IMG/VR virus record: IMGVR_UViG_3300034063_000844
Length of the DNA stretch: 41,716 nucleotides
Direction: 5' to 3' (one strand)
Origin: a virus
In this document: one piece after another, positions 15,295-22,764 of the stretch
Layout: each line of letters opens with the position of its first letter
Numbering within the stretch: the stretch's first letter is position 1
Notes under the pieces: model-generated
The model's database searches: none
Seen by the model: the letters and a program-made list of their open reading frames with translations, nothing else
What the model was told of the DNA's origin: nothing
Program-made: the position numbers and the translations under genes

Positions 15295-15567
15295 TTAGAA
15301 TGGTAGATCGTCCGTAATTTCTTTATGCTCTTCGGGGGTCAGTTGTTTCTTTTGAATGAATTTTACGTTGCCGATAATTTCGCCTTTTACCCCAGCCTTG
15401 CGCTCCTCTTCGCTGACGTTTTGAACTATCATTCCGTTGTTGCCGTACTTGTCAGGTTCGTCAAACATGATAATTGTGGCGTCCAGGTACACTCCCTTTT
15501 CGCCAACATAAAGCCTGGTTTTGTCAATCTTTTTTACGTCCATTTTGACGCTGATGTTTGTTGCCAT
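15295..15567 (-). CDS. Small protein ending in an SSB-type C-terminal tip (DDLPF); possible compact ssDNA-binding or SSB-mimic protein
   Basis: The 90-aa ORF ends ...EEHKEITDDLPF and lies in the recombination/replication region. Confidence 0.5.
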   Translation of the reverse strand: MATNISVKMDVKKIDKTRLYVGEKGVYLDATIIMFDEPDKYGNNGMIVQNVSEEERKAGVKGEIIGNVKFIQKKQLTPEEHKEITDDLPF

Positions 15568-15568
15568 A

Positions 15569-15955
15569 TTATTTGTTTTTTAGTGAAGCGGTGATCAATG
15601 TGAAAAATGTTTGCTTGCCAACTTTTACTTGCTCCCCAATAATCAGCCGGCCACTCCTTTTTTCACATTCTACCGATTCAAATATTTTTCGAGCAAGCGT
15701 TGTGTTATTGAACAATAACGATTTTGCTTTATAGTCCCGGAGAGTAAAACCGCCTTGCTTTACTTTTTCAATGTACCATTCATCAGGGTTTTCCTCGTCT
15801 TGATGAAATTGAATCTGGTCGCCGGATTTTAATTCAAGAATCTCATTAACGGCTTTGTTAAATCCAAACAATCCGGTTTTCTGGCTTACCTGAATGAAAG
15901 GCTTTGTTTGTCTTTGTGAAAAAGTGTTTTCGGCATTGAAAGTTTTTAGTTTCAT
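15569..15955 (-). CDS. Hypothetical early protein
   Basis: 128-aa ORF. Confidence 0.55.
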   Translation of the reverse strand: MKLKTFNAENTFSQRQTKPFIQVSQKTGLFGFNKAVNEILELKSGDQIQFHQDEENPDEWYIEKVKQGGFTLRDYKAKSLLFNNTTLARKIFESVECEKRSGRLIIGEQVKVGKQTFFTLITASLKNK

Positions 15956-16098
15956 GGTTTTTGTTTTTGATTATTAAAAAGTAATTGATTTTCTATGCTA
16001 TCCAAAAATTTTGCTTCCGACCTTTTAAAGGCTATTACAAACCGGTTTTCAGTTCTTTTGGACGGTCTGAATTTTGGTTTTCTTAGTTTCTTTTTCAT
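15952..16098 (-). CDS. Small basic protein (48 aa)
   Basis: TAATG overlap upstream and ATGA overlap downstream. Translation MKKKLRKPKFRPSKRTENRFVIAFKRSEAKFLDSIENQLLFNNQKQKP. Confidence 0.4.
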   Translation of the reverse strand: MKKKLRKPKFRPSKRTENRFVIAFKRSEAKFLDSIENQLLFNNQKQKP

Positions 16099-16463
16099 TA
16101 AAAAAGGGTTAGTTGTGTTCCAGCTGGTTTTGATTTGCTATATTCTGAAAATTGCTGAATGTGCTTTTTGCAGTAAACTTCCATTCGTCTGTGTTTCCCG
16201 TTTGGCAATTTTAATTGATCAACCCCATTGTGCTTTAAATACATAGTACCATATCCGGCAAAATTGTAACTATCCGTTTCGCCACACCTTATGCAGGCCG
16301 GAATAATACGATGGCCGCTAATTACGTTCCAGCTGTATATGACATTCTGGTGTGTAAAAATGATATACTGATCTGGTCGAGCTTTATCATAAAATTCTTG
16401 AAATTGAGACCTGCCACTACAAATTTCAAAAGCTGTATTATAAGTAAGTCTAGATACTTGCAT
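16098..16463 (-). CDS. Hypothetical early protein
   Basis: 121-aa ORF. Confidence 0.55.
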   Translation of the reverse strand: MQVSRLTYNTAFEICSGRSQFQEFYDKARPDQYIIFTHQNVIYSWNVISGHRIIPACIRCGETDSYNFAGYGTMYLKHNGVDQLKLPNGKHRRMEVYCKKHIQQFSEYSKSKPAGTQLTLF

Positions 16464-16464
16464 A

Positions 16465-16626
16465 TTAATAGGCTTGTATTGTTCCCTCCTTAATTCGGTC
16501 AGCTGTAACTTTTCTCATTTTCTTTCCGCAATCCCGGCAATAGTTAACACGATTTTGACCGTGACTTTCGGCTTTGTTAAATTCGGATAGGGGTTTGTGC
16601 TGCTCGCATTTTTTACATTTTTTCAT
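16465..16626 (-). CDS. Small zinc-ribbon-like protein (53 aa)
   Basis: Translation MKKCKKCEQHKPLSEFNKAESHGQNRVNYCRDCGKKMRK..., with CxxC ... CxxC. The stop lies 1 nt before the next start. Confidence 0.45.
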   Translation of the reverse strand: MKKCKKCEQHKPLSEFNKAESHGQNRVNYCRDCGKKMRKVTADRIKEGTIQAY

Positions 16627-16789
16627 AGTTCAATTTTTCACTGGTTATAGAATATCGTAGGCCGTTTTTATTTTCAACTATCAATACGTTTCCTCGGTCT
16701 GAAATGATGTTAACCTTTTCACCCTTCTTCCCGTATTGTACTTTGGGTTTTAAGGTGCTGAACACGTCTTGGTTGAGAATTGCTTTCAT
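16613..16789 (-). CDS. Small hypothetical protein (58 aa)
   Basis: ATGA overlap with the DnaC-like gene stop. Translation MKAILNQDVFSTLKPKVQYGKKGEKVNIISDRGNVLIVENKNGLRYSITSEKLNYEKM. Confidence 0.4.
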   Translation of the reverse strand: MKAILNQDVFSTLKPKVQYGKKGEKVNIISDRGNVLIVENKNGLRYSITSEKLNYEKM

Positions 16790-17688
16790 TTTCTTAAATC
16801 GGTTCCCTTTAATTCAATCACGTTAAACATTTCACGCAGCCGGCTTCTTACCCGGTAGCCGTACAGCTCTTGTATCTGATCGCCGCCGTAATTTGTTGTT
16901 ATAATCAGGTTGCTGTAACTCTCCTGGTTGATGTACCGATCCTCTATGAAGTCAGCAAACCAGCGTATGTCGGTACCGTAGTGCTTTATGGGAACAGGCT
17001 CGCAGCCAACGTCGTCAAGTACGATTATTCTATCCAGGGGAAGGTCGCAGGACCCAGTTTCACGAACGTAGGCTGCCACTTCGATCATTGATACCATTCT
17101 CAAAGGGTTAACCGGGTTTGACTTTACGGCTTTAAGCGTTTCAGTTTTTCCCAGTCCACTCTCTCCCAGGATCAATAAACCCTTTTTGGAGGAAAAGCCC
17201 ATTTCGTGTTCTAAAAGTGGATCCCCCGACAAAAAATAGGATAAGGCTTTGAAGTAGTTTTGCTGGTTACTGTTCTCAATAAACTGGCTATGTTTGGCAA
17301 TGTAGTGAGCGCGGATCAGGCGCATAAACTCGTCAGCTGTCCAGGTTTTCAGCAGTTGCTTTCGTTTCTCCAGCATTTGTTGACGCTTCAGCTCTTTATC
17401 TCGCTGGTCTTGCTGGTGCCAAAGTTTTCGGTTAGCCGCTTGCGTTAGTATGGTTTCTTTCTCTTCGTCGGTCAGCTCCCATTTCTTTTCGGCCATTTTT
17501 TGCTCTAATCGGTTGATGTTTATGCCGGCCATTCTATACGCATAGTGTTTTTTCTTTCGGTCCAGCTCATATCTCAAATGGTGGTCAATTTCATCCTGGG
17601 TTAGAACTTCTTTGTAATTACAGGGGGGTTCTGACTGTGCCAGGTGCGCTGGGATCTTTGACTGAAGTAGATCTTTTAGACTTTTCAT
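16786..17688 (-). CDS. DnaC/IstB-like AAA+ helicase loader
   Basis: Walker A GESGLGKT and Walker B IIVLDDVG. Confidence 0.75.
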   Translation of the reverse strand: MKSLKDLLQSKIPAHLAQSEPPCNYKEVLTQDEIDHHLRYELDRKKKHYAYRMAGININRLEQKMAEKKWELTDEEKETILTQAANRKLWHQQDQRDKELKRQQMLEKRKQLLKTWTADEFMRLIRAHYIAKHSQFIENSNQQNYFKALSYFLSGDPLLEHEMGFSSKKGLLILGESGLGKTETLKAVKSNPVNPLRMVSMIEVAAYVRETGSCDLPLDRIIVLDDVGCEPVPIKHYGTDIRWFADFIEDRYINQESYSNLIITTNYGGDQIQELYGYRVRSRLREMFNVIELKGTDLRK

Positions 17689-18301
17689 TGGGTTGAAGTT
17701 TTAGCCAGTTTCTAAAGTGCTGAAGCTGGCGGGTTCGTGTTCCGTGAATAGTTCCAGTTGAATGAATTAGGTAGGCTTTCCAATATTCCAAAATTTGATT
17801 TTCAGAAAGTATACGTTGACCAGTTATGGAAACGTACTCCTTTGTAGCTCCAATTTCAGTACTGGTCAGATCTTCTGAAAATTCCCCCCGTACCCCCCTA
17901 ATTACATTTTCAATTTCATATTCATATTCATTTTCATTATGAAGGCTTGTGTTTGGGTTAAGGTTTGGGTTAACCGTTGGGTTTATTTTGGGTTTTCTAC
18001 CGCCTTTTTTGCCGTTTTCTTGCTGTTTTTTCTGATATGAAAGGCGCTCGGAACGAATTTTTTCCAGGTTTTCGTTGATCATTCCGGTTTCGGTTTCAAT
18101 AAACTTTTTCCCAACAATAACCCAGCTCGAATCCAAACTGGTTACAATTCGGCTTAACCGTTGGGTTTCTTTTGGGATTTCGCCTTGCGCCCATTGGTGC
18201 ATAAGTAGACGCATAAAACAGCCAAATTCGGCGTCGGTCCAGTCACGGGTTGACCGGTCGATGTCGTTGTAATACAAGGGTAAAATCGGATTTGACGCCA
18301 T
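17618..18301 (-). CDS. Replication protein with an N-terminal DUF1376 (YdaU-like) domain
   Basis: Pattern YYNDIDRSTRDWTDAEFGCFMRLLMHQWAQGEIP. The start is set at ATG 18301. The TTG at 18319 lies inside a terminator hairpin. Confidence 0.65.
   Translation of the reverse strand: MASNPILPLYYNDIDRSTRDWTDAEFGCFMRLLMHQWAQGEIPKETQRLSRIVTSLDSSWVIVGKKFIETETGMINENLEKIRSERLSYQKKQQENGKKGGRKPKINPTVNPNLNPNTSLHNENEYEYEIENVIRGVRGEFSEDLTSTEIGATKEYVSITGQRILSENQILEYWKAYLIHSTGTIHGTRTRQLQHFRNWLKLQPNEKSKRSTSVKDPSAPGTVRTPL
17953..17994. repeat. Four phased TTGGGTT repeats (iteron-like) inside the replication gene
   Basis: Copies at 17953, 17965, 17977 and 17988 (spacing 12, 12 and 11 bp). The 15-mer TTAACCGTTGGGTTT recurs at 17970 and 18154 in a different reading frame. 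Confidence 0.45.
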
Positions 18302-18345
18302 AAAAAAATAGGGGGACAACAGTGTCGCACTTACTGAAGCCCCCC
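18302..18345 (-). terminator. Intrinsic terminator/attenuator abutting the replication gene start codon
   Basis: On the minus strand: GGGGGG...CAGT-loop-ACTG...CCCCC, then TA and TTTTTTT, directly followed by ATG 18301. Confidence 0.55.
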
Positions 18346-18463
18346 ATTGAGGATTTTAACCATAAACCCATACACCGGTGCGACTTCGCTGTATGGGTTG
18401 CACTGCGAATATAAACAAAGTTTCAAAAAAACAAACAAAGTTTGCATGAATGGGCAAAAAAAA

Positions 18464-18754
18464 TCAGAATAATTTTCGCTGAAAGGAGCCTTCAGGTTTT
18501 TTGATCCACCAGCTCACCGTTCGATTGGTAGCCGGATCCAGCCCCTTCCGTTCCTGTATGATCTTGCCCTCTTCGACAAGCTCTCCTCGCCTGGGGGTTA
18601 CCCGGTTGATCGGCCAGCCTAAATATTGAGCAATTTGACGGTCATTACAGGGCGCAAGTTTGATAATAGCCAGTAGAACCATTTGACGGGCAAAATCTTT
18701 CCTTTGTGGGGCTTCTTTGAAGGCATGGTAGCTGCTTTGATAGTCATATCCCAT
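18464..18754 (-). CDS. Winged-helix (MarR-like) DNA-binding protein
   Basis: Pattern LLAIIKLAPCNDRQIAQYLGWPINRVTPRRGELVEEGKI. Confidence 0.6.
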   Translation of the reverse strand: MGYDYQSSYHAFKEAPQRKDFARQMVLLAIIKLAPCNDRQIAQYLGWPINRVTPRRGELVEEGKIIQERKGLDPATNRTVSWWIKKPEGSFQRKLF

Positions 18755-18761
18755 AGGGTTG

Positions 18762-18935
18762 TCAGTTTAAGATTATTGAAATGAAATATTCATGCTTTTT
18801 GCTTTTCATTCTGCGTATTTCATTGATCCATTCGTTGATAATCTGACGGCGTTTGTACTTGTGGTAAAACATGCGAACCCTTACAACTTCGCCGTCCATG
18901 ATCAGCCGAACCTCTCCTTTAGTTTCTTTCGCCAT
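18762..18935 (-). CDS. Small hypothetical protein (57 aa)
   Basis: TAATG overlap with the exonuclease stop. Translation MAKETKGEVRLIMDGEVVRVRMFYHKYKRRQIINEWINEIRRMKSKKHEYFISIILN. Confidence 0.45.
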   Translation of the reverse strand: MAKETKGEVRLIMDGEVVRVRMFYHKYKRRQIINEWINEIRRMKSKKHEYFISIILN

Positions 18936-19666
18936 TAGTTAACAGCGTTGGAAAATTCACGGGTAGATTCAAACTGATTCAGCCATTTGCGGCACTCTTC
19001 CACTCTTGAATGAATTTTCAAAATGTCGGCTTCATTTCGCTCAATTTTGAACTCAATCAGTCGTTCGTGAATAGGTATGTCACCAAAGGTCATAGCCCGA
19101 TCCAGCTCTTCGCACGCTTCCAAATACAAAGGGCTTTCACTGGTAGCCACTCCCATTTTCCACATTAACCGGCGTTTCTCGTCTTCAATCAATTGGGCTG
19201 GCGTATCTACCAGGCAATAGGCCAACGTTGCGCTGGTTGCACCGGTCAAGTCCATGTAGCCCTGGAGCTGCCAGTAGTACATTTTGTTGACGTCTTTTGT
19301 CAATACGCGCATGAATGAGTAAATATCCCAGCTGCTTTTGATGTCAATTATTTCAGTAGCCTGGTTGATATTTTCACCAACGTACAAGTCGGGCGTTCCC
19401 TTTATCCAGCTGTTTTTCAGGTGATCTTCATTCTTTTTGTAGAAGTCTTTTTTGATTCGGGAATATAGGGTAATGCTATCCTCCTCAACTGCCAGCCCCT
19501 TTTCGATGAACTTGCTTTGAATGTCTTCTTGCCGTCCATAACGGTTGGCAACGTACACGTCAATTAAGTGGGTTTTGGTGGTTTCTGAAAGATCGTTTTT
19601 GGTTCGTGATTCGGTCATAATGTGACCCAGTGACGAACAGCGAAAAAGTGTTTGGGAGAAGTCCAT
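18935..19666 (-). CDS. YqaJ/lambda-Exo-like PD-(D/E)XK recombination exonuclease
   Basis: Pattern GTPDLYVG...EIIDIKSS, in an operon with recT. Confidence 0.65.
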   Translation of the reverse strand: MDFSQTLFRCSSLGHIMTESRTKNDLSETTKTHLIDVYVANRYGRQEDIQSKFIEKGLAVEEDSITLYSRIKKDFYKKNEDHLKNSWIKGTPDLYVGENINQATEIIDIKSSWDIYSFMRVLTKDVNKMYYWQLQGYMDLTGATSATLAYCLVDTPAQLIEDEKRRLMWKMGVATSESPLYLEACEELDRAMTFGDIPIHERLIEFKIERNEADILKIHSRVEECRKWLNQFESTREFSNAVN

Positions 19667-19668
19667 GG

Positions 19669-20667
19669 TTAATAGTTTTTTGAAGTGATGTAAACAATGA
19701 TTTTATTCAGTAGCTCTATGACAGCTTTGTAAAGCAGCTTGTTCTTTTTGGCTTTAAACTCATACTTAGTTTTAAGCCCTTCCAGGTCTGCAATAAGGTC
19801 GGATAACTTAGCCTTGTCGCCTTTATTTAGCTCGGCTTCAATAGCTGCCTGGCGCTCCTCTTCAGCTCTTGCTTCAGCTTCGGCTTTTGCTTTCAATTCG
19901 GCTTCCAATCTTTCACGTTCTTTGCGCTCGGCTGCTGCCTTCTCTTCGGCTTCTTTACGGGCTTTTGCAGCGGCGATGTTTGCCTTACGCTGCTCCATTT
20001 CCAGCCTGTCCAGTTCAGCCTTTCTCTCGCGCTCTCTCTCCTCGGCTTCAGATCTTAATCTCTCATTCTCTATTCTCAATCTTTCGCGCTCTTCGGCCTC
20101 GGCTTTTAACTTTGCCATTTCTCTAAGTTCTGCTTCAATTGCAGCCTGTTCAGCGGCTTTCTTTTGCAGTTTGGCACCGGCAAGCATACGGTTAAAATCT
20201 TCCTCGGTGATTTCACCCAGGTTGATGTTGCTGATAACATACTCCCGGTAGTCTTTCACCAGCTCTTCGCGCTCTAATCTTAGGGCTTCGCGCTGCTTCA
20301 ATTCGTACAGCTCTTTAAACTTCTCTTGCTCCTCTAAATGCTTTTCAATGGGTGAAATAGCCGCTTCGATTACGTTATAAACCCCTTGTACTGCCCGGCC
20401 ATAACGAAGGCTGTCCTCTTTTAGCTCTTTACGGGTTTTGTCAGCAGCAAGCCGGATCTCTCGAAGTGCCAGCCGTGCTTCCCGTGCCATTTTCATTTCA
20501 CGGGTTTGTGATATGTCGGTTATTACAAGGCTTTCAGCCCTCTCTTTCCATTCAGCAGCTTGCTCTAAAAATGGGGTGAAACGATCCAGGAGCATTTGCT
20601 GTATTTCGCTGTCAACTGCCGTTTCGCTTACTACTAAGGCCAGCTGGTTGTTTATTACTGTTTCCAT
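19669..20667 (-). CDS. Coiled-coil protein (DUF1351-like N-terminus, highly charged E/R/K/A central region)
   Basis: 332-aa ORF. Low-complexity AEAEERERLR... creates the plus-strand shadow ORFs 19739..20251 and 19869..20126. Confidence 0.6.
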   Translation of the reverse strand: METVINNQLALVVSETAVDSEIQQMLLDRFTPFLEQAAEWKERAESLVITDISQTREMKMAREARLALREIRLAADKTRKELKEDSLRYGRAVQGVYNVIEAAISPIEKHLEEQEKFKELYELKQREALRLEREELVKDYREYVISNINLGEITEEDFNRMLAGAKLQKKAAEQAAIEAELREMAKLKAEAEERERLRIENERLRSEAEERERERKAELDRLEMEQRKANIAAAKARKEAEEKAAAERKERERLEAELKAKAEAEARAEEERQAAIEAELNKGDKAKLSDLIADLEGLKTKYEFKAKKNKLLYKAVIELLNKIIVYITSKNY

Positions 20668-21560
20668 TAGATTTCATTTTCGGTTAGTTCAGAAAATTTG
20701 TTTTCGTACAATTCGGCCTGGGCTTCCTTTACATGGGGCTGTATTTTCAACAGCTGCTCAATGGTAGTGGCGTCTTTGATCAACAGGGCTATTCTTTCGG
20801 CTTCTTTGTCGATTTCAGGCTCGTCGTTGTCTATGTATGTAACGTCCACGGTGTCGGCGTCGTTAACCAATGCCTGGTCAGTAATAACAGCCCGCTGCAT
20901 GTCAATCGAAAGAGGAGCAAATTTTGACAGTAACAACTTCAGTACGGTCTTGCTGGCCATGGCGTCAAAATCAGTGTTCCACAGCCCGCCTTTGTTACTA
21001 AAAGTTTTTGAGTACTTAGATCCATGCTTTTTCAATTGGTCAATGCTCATGTAAAGGGTGGCTTCATAGCCGTTCAAAAGTTTGAACTTAGCGGCGTAAC
21101 CCACCAAGACGTCGCTTTTTTGGGTGAAGTCAAACTCGTAGCCCTCCAGTGGGTTTTCGTTTACGATCTGACCCTTGTAGATAGGGCTGGCATAAATGCT
21201 CTTAAACTGCCCGGAACGCTGGGCAAGTTGAATAAAGCCCTTGTAACCCATTTGAAACTGGGCAACGGTCTTAAATGTGCCGTCCGGTTGCTTATTGTTG
21301 TAAGGCACGATGTAAGCAAACCCCAGGTTGTTGTTCAATGGCAGGTCTAAAGTCGCCGCAACAGCAGCAGCCTGGTAAATGCTTGACGCGTCCGCTTTAC
21401 TCAACATTGGGTTACTGGCCACAATTTGAAGGACTGAAGTACAAAAGGAGCTGGACCGCTTACCCAGCAGCTCTTTGAATTTTGCCTGTACTTCCGGGCG
21501 CTCAAACAATTGTTTCACGGGGTTTTTGGGTGCCGTGGTCACCGCTTTGTTTTCACTCAT
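20667..21560 (-). CDS. recT: RecT-family single-strand annealing protein
   Basis: Pattern FQMGYKGFIQLAQRSGQFKSI, with an adjacent exonuclease. Confidence 0.85.
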   Translation of the reverse strand: MSENKAVTTAPKNPVKQLFERPEVQAKFKELLGKRSSSFCTSVLQIVASNPMLSKADASSIYQAAAVAATLDLPLNNNLGFAYIVPYNNKQPDGTFKTVAQFQMGYKGFIQLAQRSGQFKSIYASPIYKGQIVNENPLEGYEFDFTQKSDVLVGYAAKFKLLNGYEATLYMSIDQLKKHGSKYSKTFSNKGGLWNTDFDAMASKTVLKLLLSKFAPLSIDMQRAVITDQALVNDADTVDVTYIDNDEPEIDKEAERIALLIKDATTIEQLLKIQPHVKEAQAELYENKFSELTENEI

Positions 21561-21582
21561 GGAAAAGTTGTTTTTATTGTTT

Positions 21583-21659
21583 TTGTCATATTGACGAAAC
21601 GAAATTAGTATAATATTTTATACTAACAAAAGAAAGTTTGAAAATTTTAAAACTTTTTT
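21583..21659 (-). promoter_or_regulatory. Early (recT operon) promoter/operator block
   Basis: On the minus strand: TTTG, 19 nt, TAATTTCG (revcomp of 21600-21607). Perfect inverted repeat TTAGTATAA-TATT-TTATACTAA (21605-21626). GTCA-N3-TGAC at 21585-21595. Degenerate palindrome at 21642-21657. Confidence 0.55.
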
Positions 21660-21667
21660 TTGGGCAT

Positions 21668-21698
21668 AAAAAAGGCGGCTATGTAGAAACATGCCGCC
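21668..21698 (-). terminator. Rho-independent terminator after the Xis-like gene
   Basis: On the minus strand: GGCGGC...GCCGCC stem followed by TTTTTT. Confidence 0.65.
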
Positions 21699-21732
21699 GA
21701 TTTACGATTGCTTGCCAACTATGAAAACGTCT

Positions 21733-22104
21733 TTATGCTAATTCCTTTTTATTTGATTTTACCTTATTTCGTTGGTACTTTTCGCCCATGGATCGCAGCT
21801 CGTTTTTAAGTCGCTGAATGCTTTGACGATTAAATACAATTTTACTCCCTTCTCTATGCCAATCAACGCCATAGATCAAAAACCAATGAGTGTTCATCGG
21901 GTAGGAAACGTCGTCTGGTTGCAGCATTCGCATACGTATCCAGGTGCGGCTTCTTTGCAAAATATTTTTAGCCATTGCAATATCAATCCAGTCCGGAAGT
22001 TGTTCAAGGGGTACGGTATTAGCAGGTAGGAGCTGTTGGTTTTTCTTAAGCCATTCTACATTTCGGTTAAACTCCAATAGCAATTCTTTTATCTCTTCAA
22101 TCAT
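21733..22104 (-). CDS. Excisionase-family HTH DNA-binding protein (Cro/Xis-like early regulator)
   Basis: Pattern DWIDIAMAKNILQRSRTWIRMRM...GSKIVFNRQSIQRL resembles Bacteroidota Xis/HTH_17 proteins. Divergent from the repressor gene. Confidence 0.5.
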   Translation of the reverse strand: MIEEIKELLLEFNRNVEWLKKNQQLLPANTVPLEQLPDWIDIAMAKNILQRSRTWIRMRMLQPDDVSYPMNTHWFLIYGVDWHREGSKIVFNRQSIQRLKNELRSMGEKYQRNKVKSNKKELA

Positions 22105-22255
22105 ACTTTGTTGACTTTTGCTATATTTTGTTAGTATTTGTTAATTAAAATTATTATCTTAGACATCACCGCGCTCCAAAAGTAGTACATGTTTTAAAAC
22201 TATCAAACAAAGTTTATTTATTTTTTTCACGCGCTGGCACCAAAAATTAAAATAT

Positions 22256-22678
22256 ATGGAAAATCATTTGCTTGAAAAGGCTGTGCAATACCTATATGGC
22301 CAGGGTATTATAAAAAAGGACAAGGATATTGCCGACAAAACCGGGTATAACAAGGCTACCGTTTCCAGCTATATCAGCGGAAAGATTCACCCCAGTTTGG
22401 GCTTTATAAATTCGTTTGAAAAAGTATTCAATGTAAAACTGGACGATTTTCAGGAAGGAGGGGAGAAAGATTACATAAAGCACCCCGACGCCATGCAACT
22501 AATTAGTGAAAATGTACTCCTTCTTAAAGCGGAATTGCAAACTAATAGGCAATTAATGATCGAGGTGCTGGCTGCTGTTACTAACCGTTCCGTGACTGAA
22601 GTTCAGATGATTGCTGAAAAGTCGCTTTCACATAACATAACAAAGATCTTACACGAATTAAAACAGGAAAACGGGTAA
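22256..22678 (+). CDS. XRE/cI-type HTH repressor candidate
   Basis: The only plus-strand gene. HTH pattern IADKTGYNKATVSSYISGK. Divergent from the lytic operons. Confidence 0.6.
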   Translation: MENHLLEKAVQYLYGQGIIKKDKDIADKTGYNKATVSSYISGKIHPSLGFINSFEKVFNVKLDDFQEGGEKDYIKHPDAMQLISENVLLLKAELQTNRQLMIEVLAAVTNRSVTEVQMIAEKSLSHNITKILHELKQENG

Positions 22679-22764
22679 CCTGGATTTTATTATACTCCAT
22701 ATAAGGGGTTTGCAACCGAAAGTAATGGAAAACACTTAGGTATGCAAATTAAATTTTGAAATTT

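Noticed and set aside
18302-18319. TTG-initiated N-terminal extension (MSPYFF...) of the replication protein
   Set aside because: The extension would be translated from the stem and U-tract of a terminator hairpin. An ATG immediately follows the U-tract at 18301.
19739-20251. Long plus-strand ORFs (this one, plus 7674..7931, 34318..34692, 20698..21054, 23303..23677 and others)
   Set aside because: They are shadow ORFs opposite well-supported minus-strand genes. They arise from low-complexity or codon-biased regions (charged coiled coil, collagen repeat). They have no independent promoter or coupling signals, and their products are Ser/Leu/Cys-rich nonsense.
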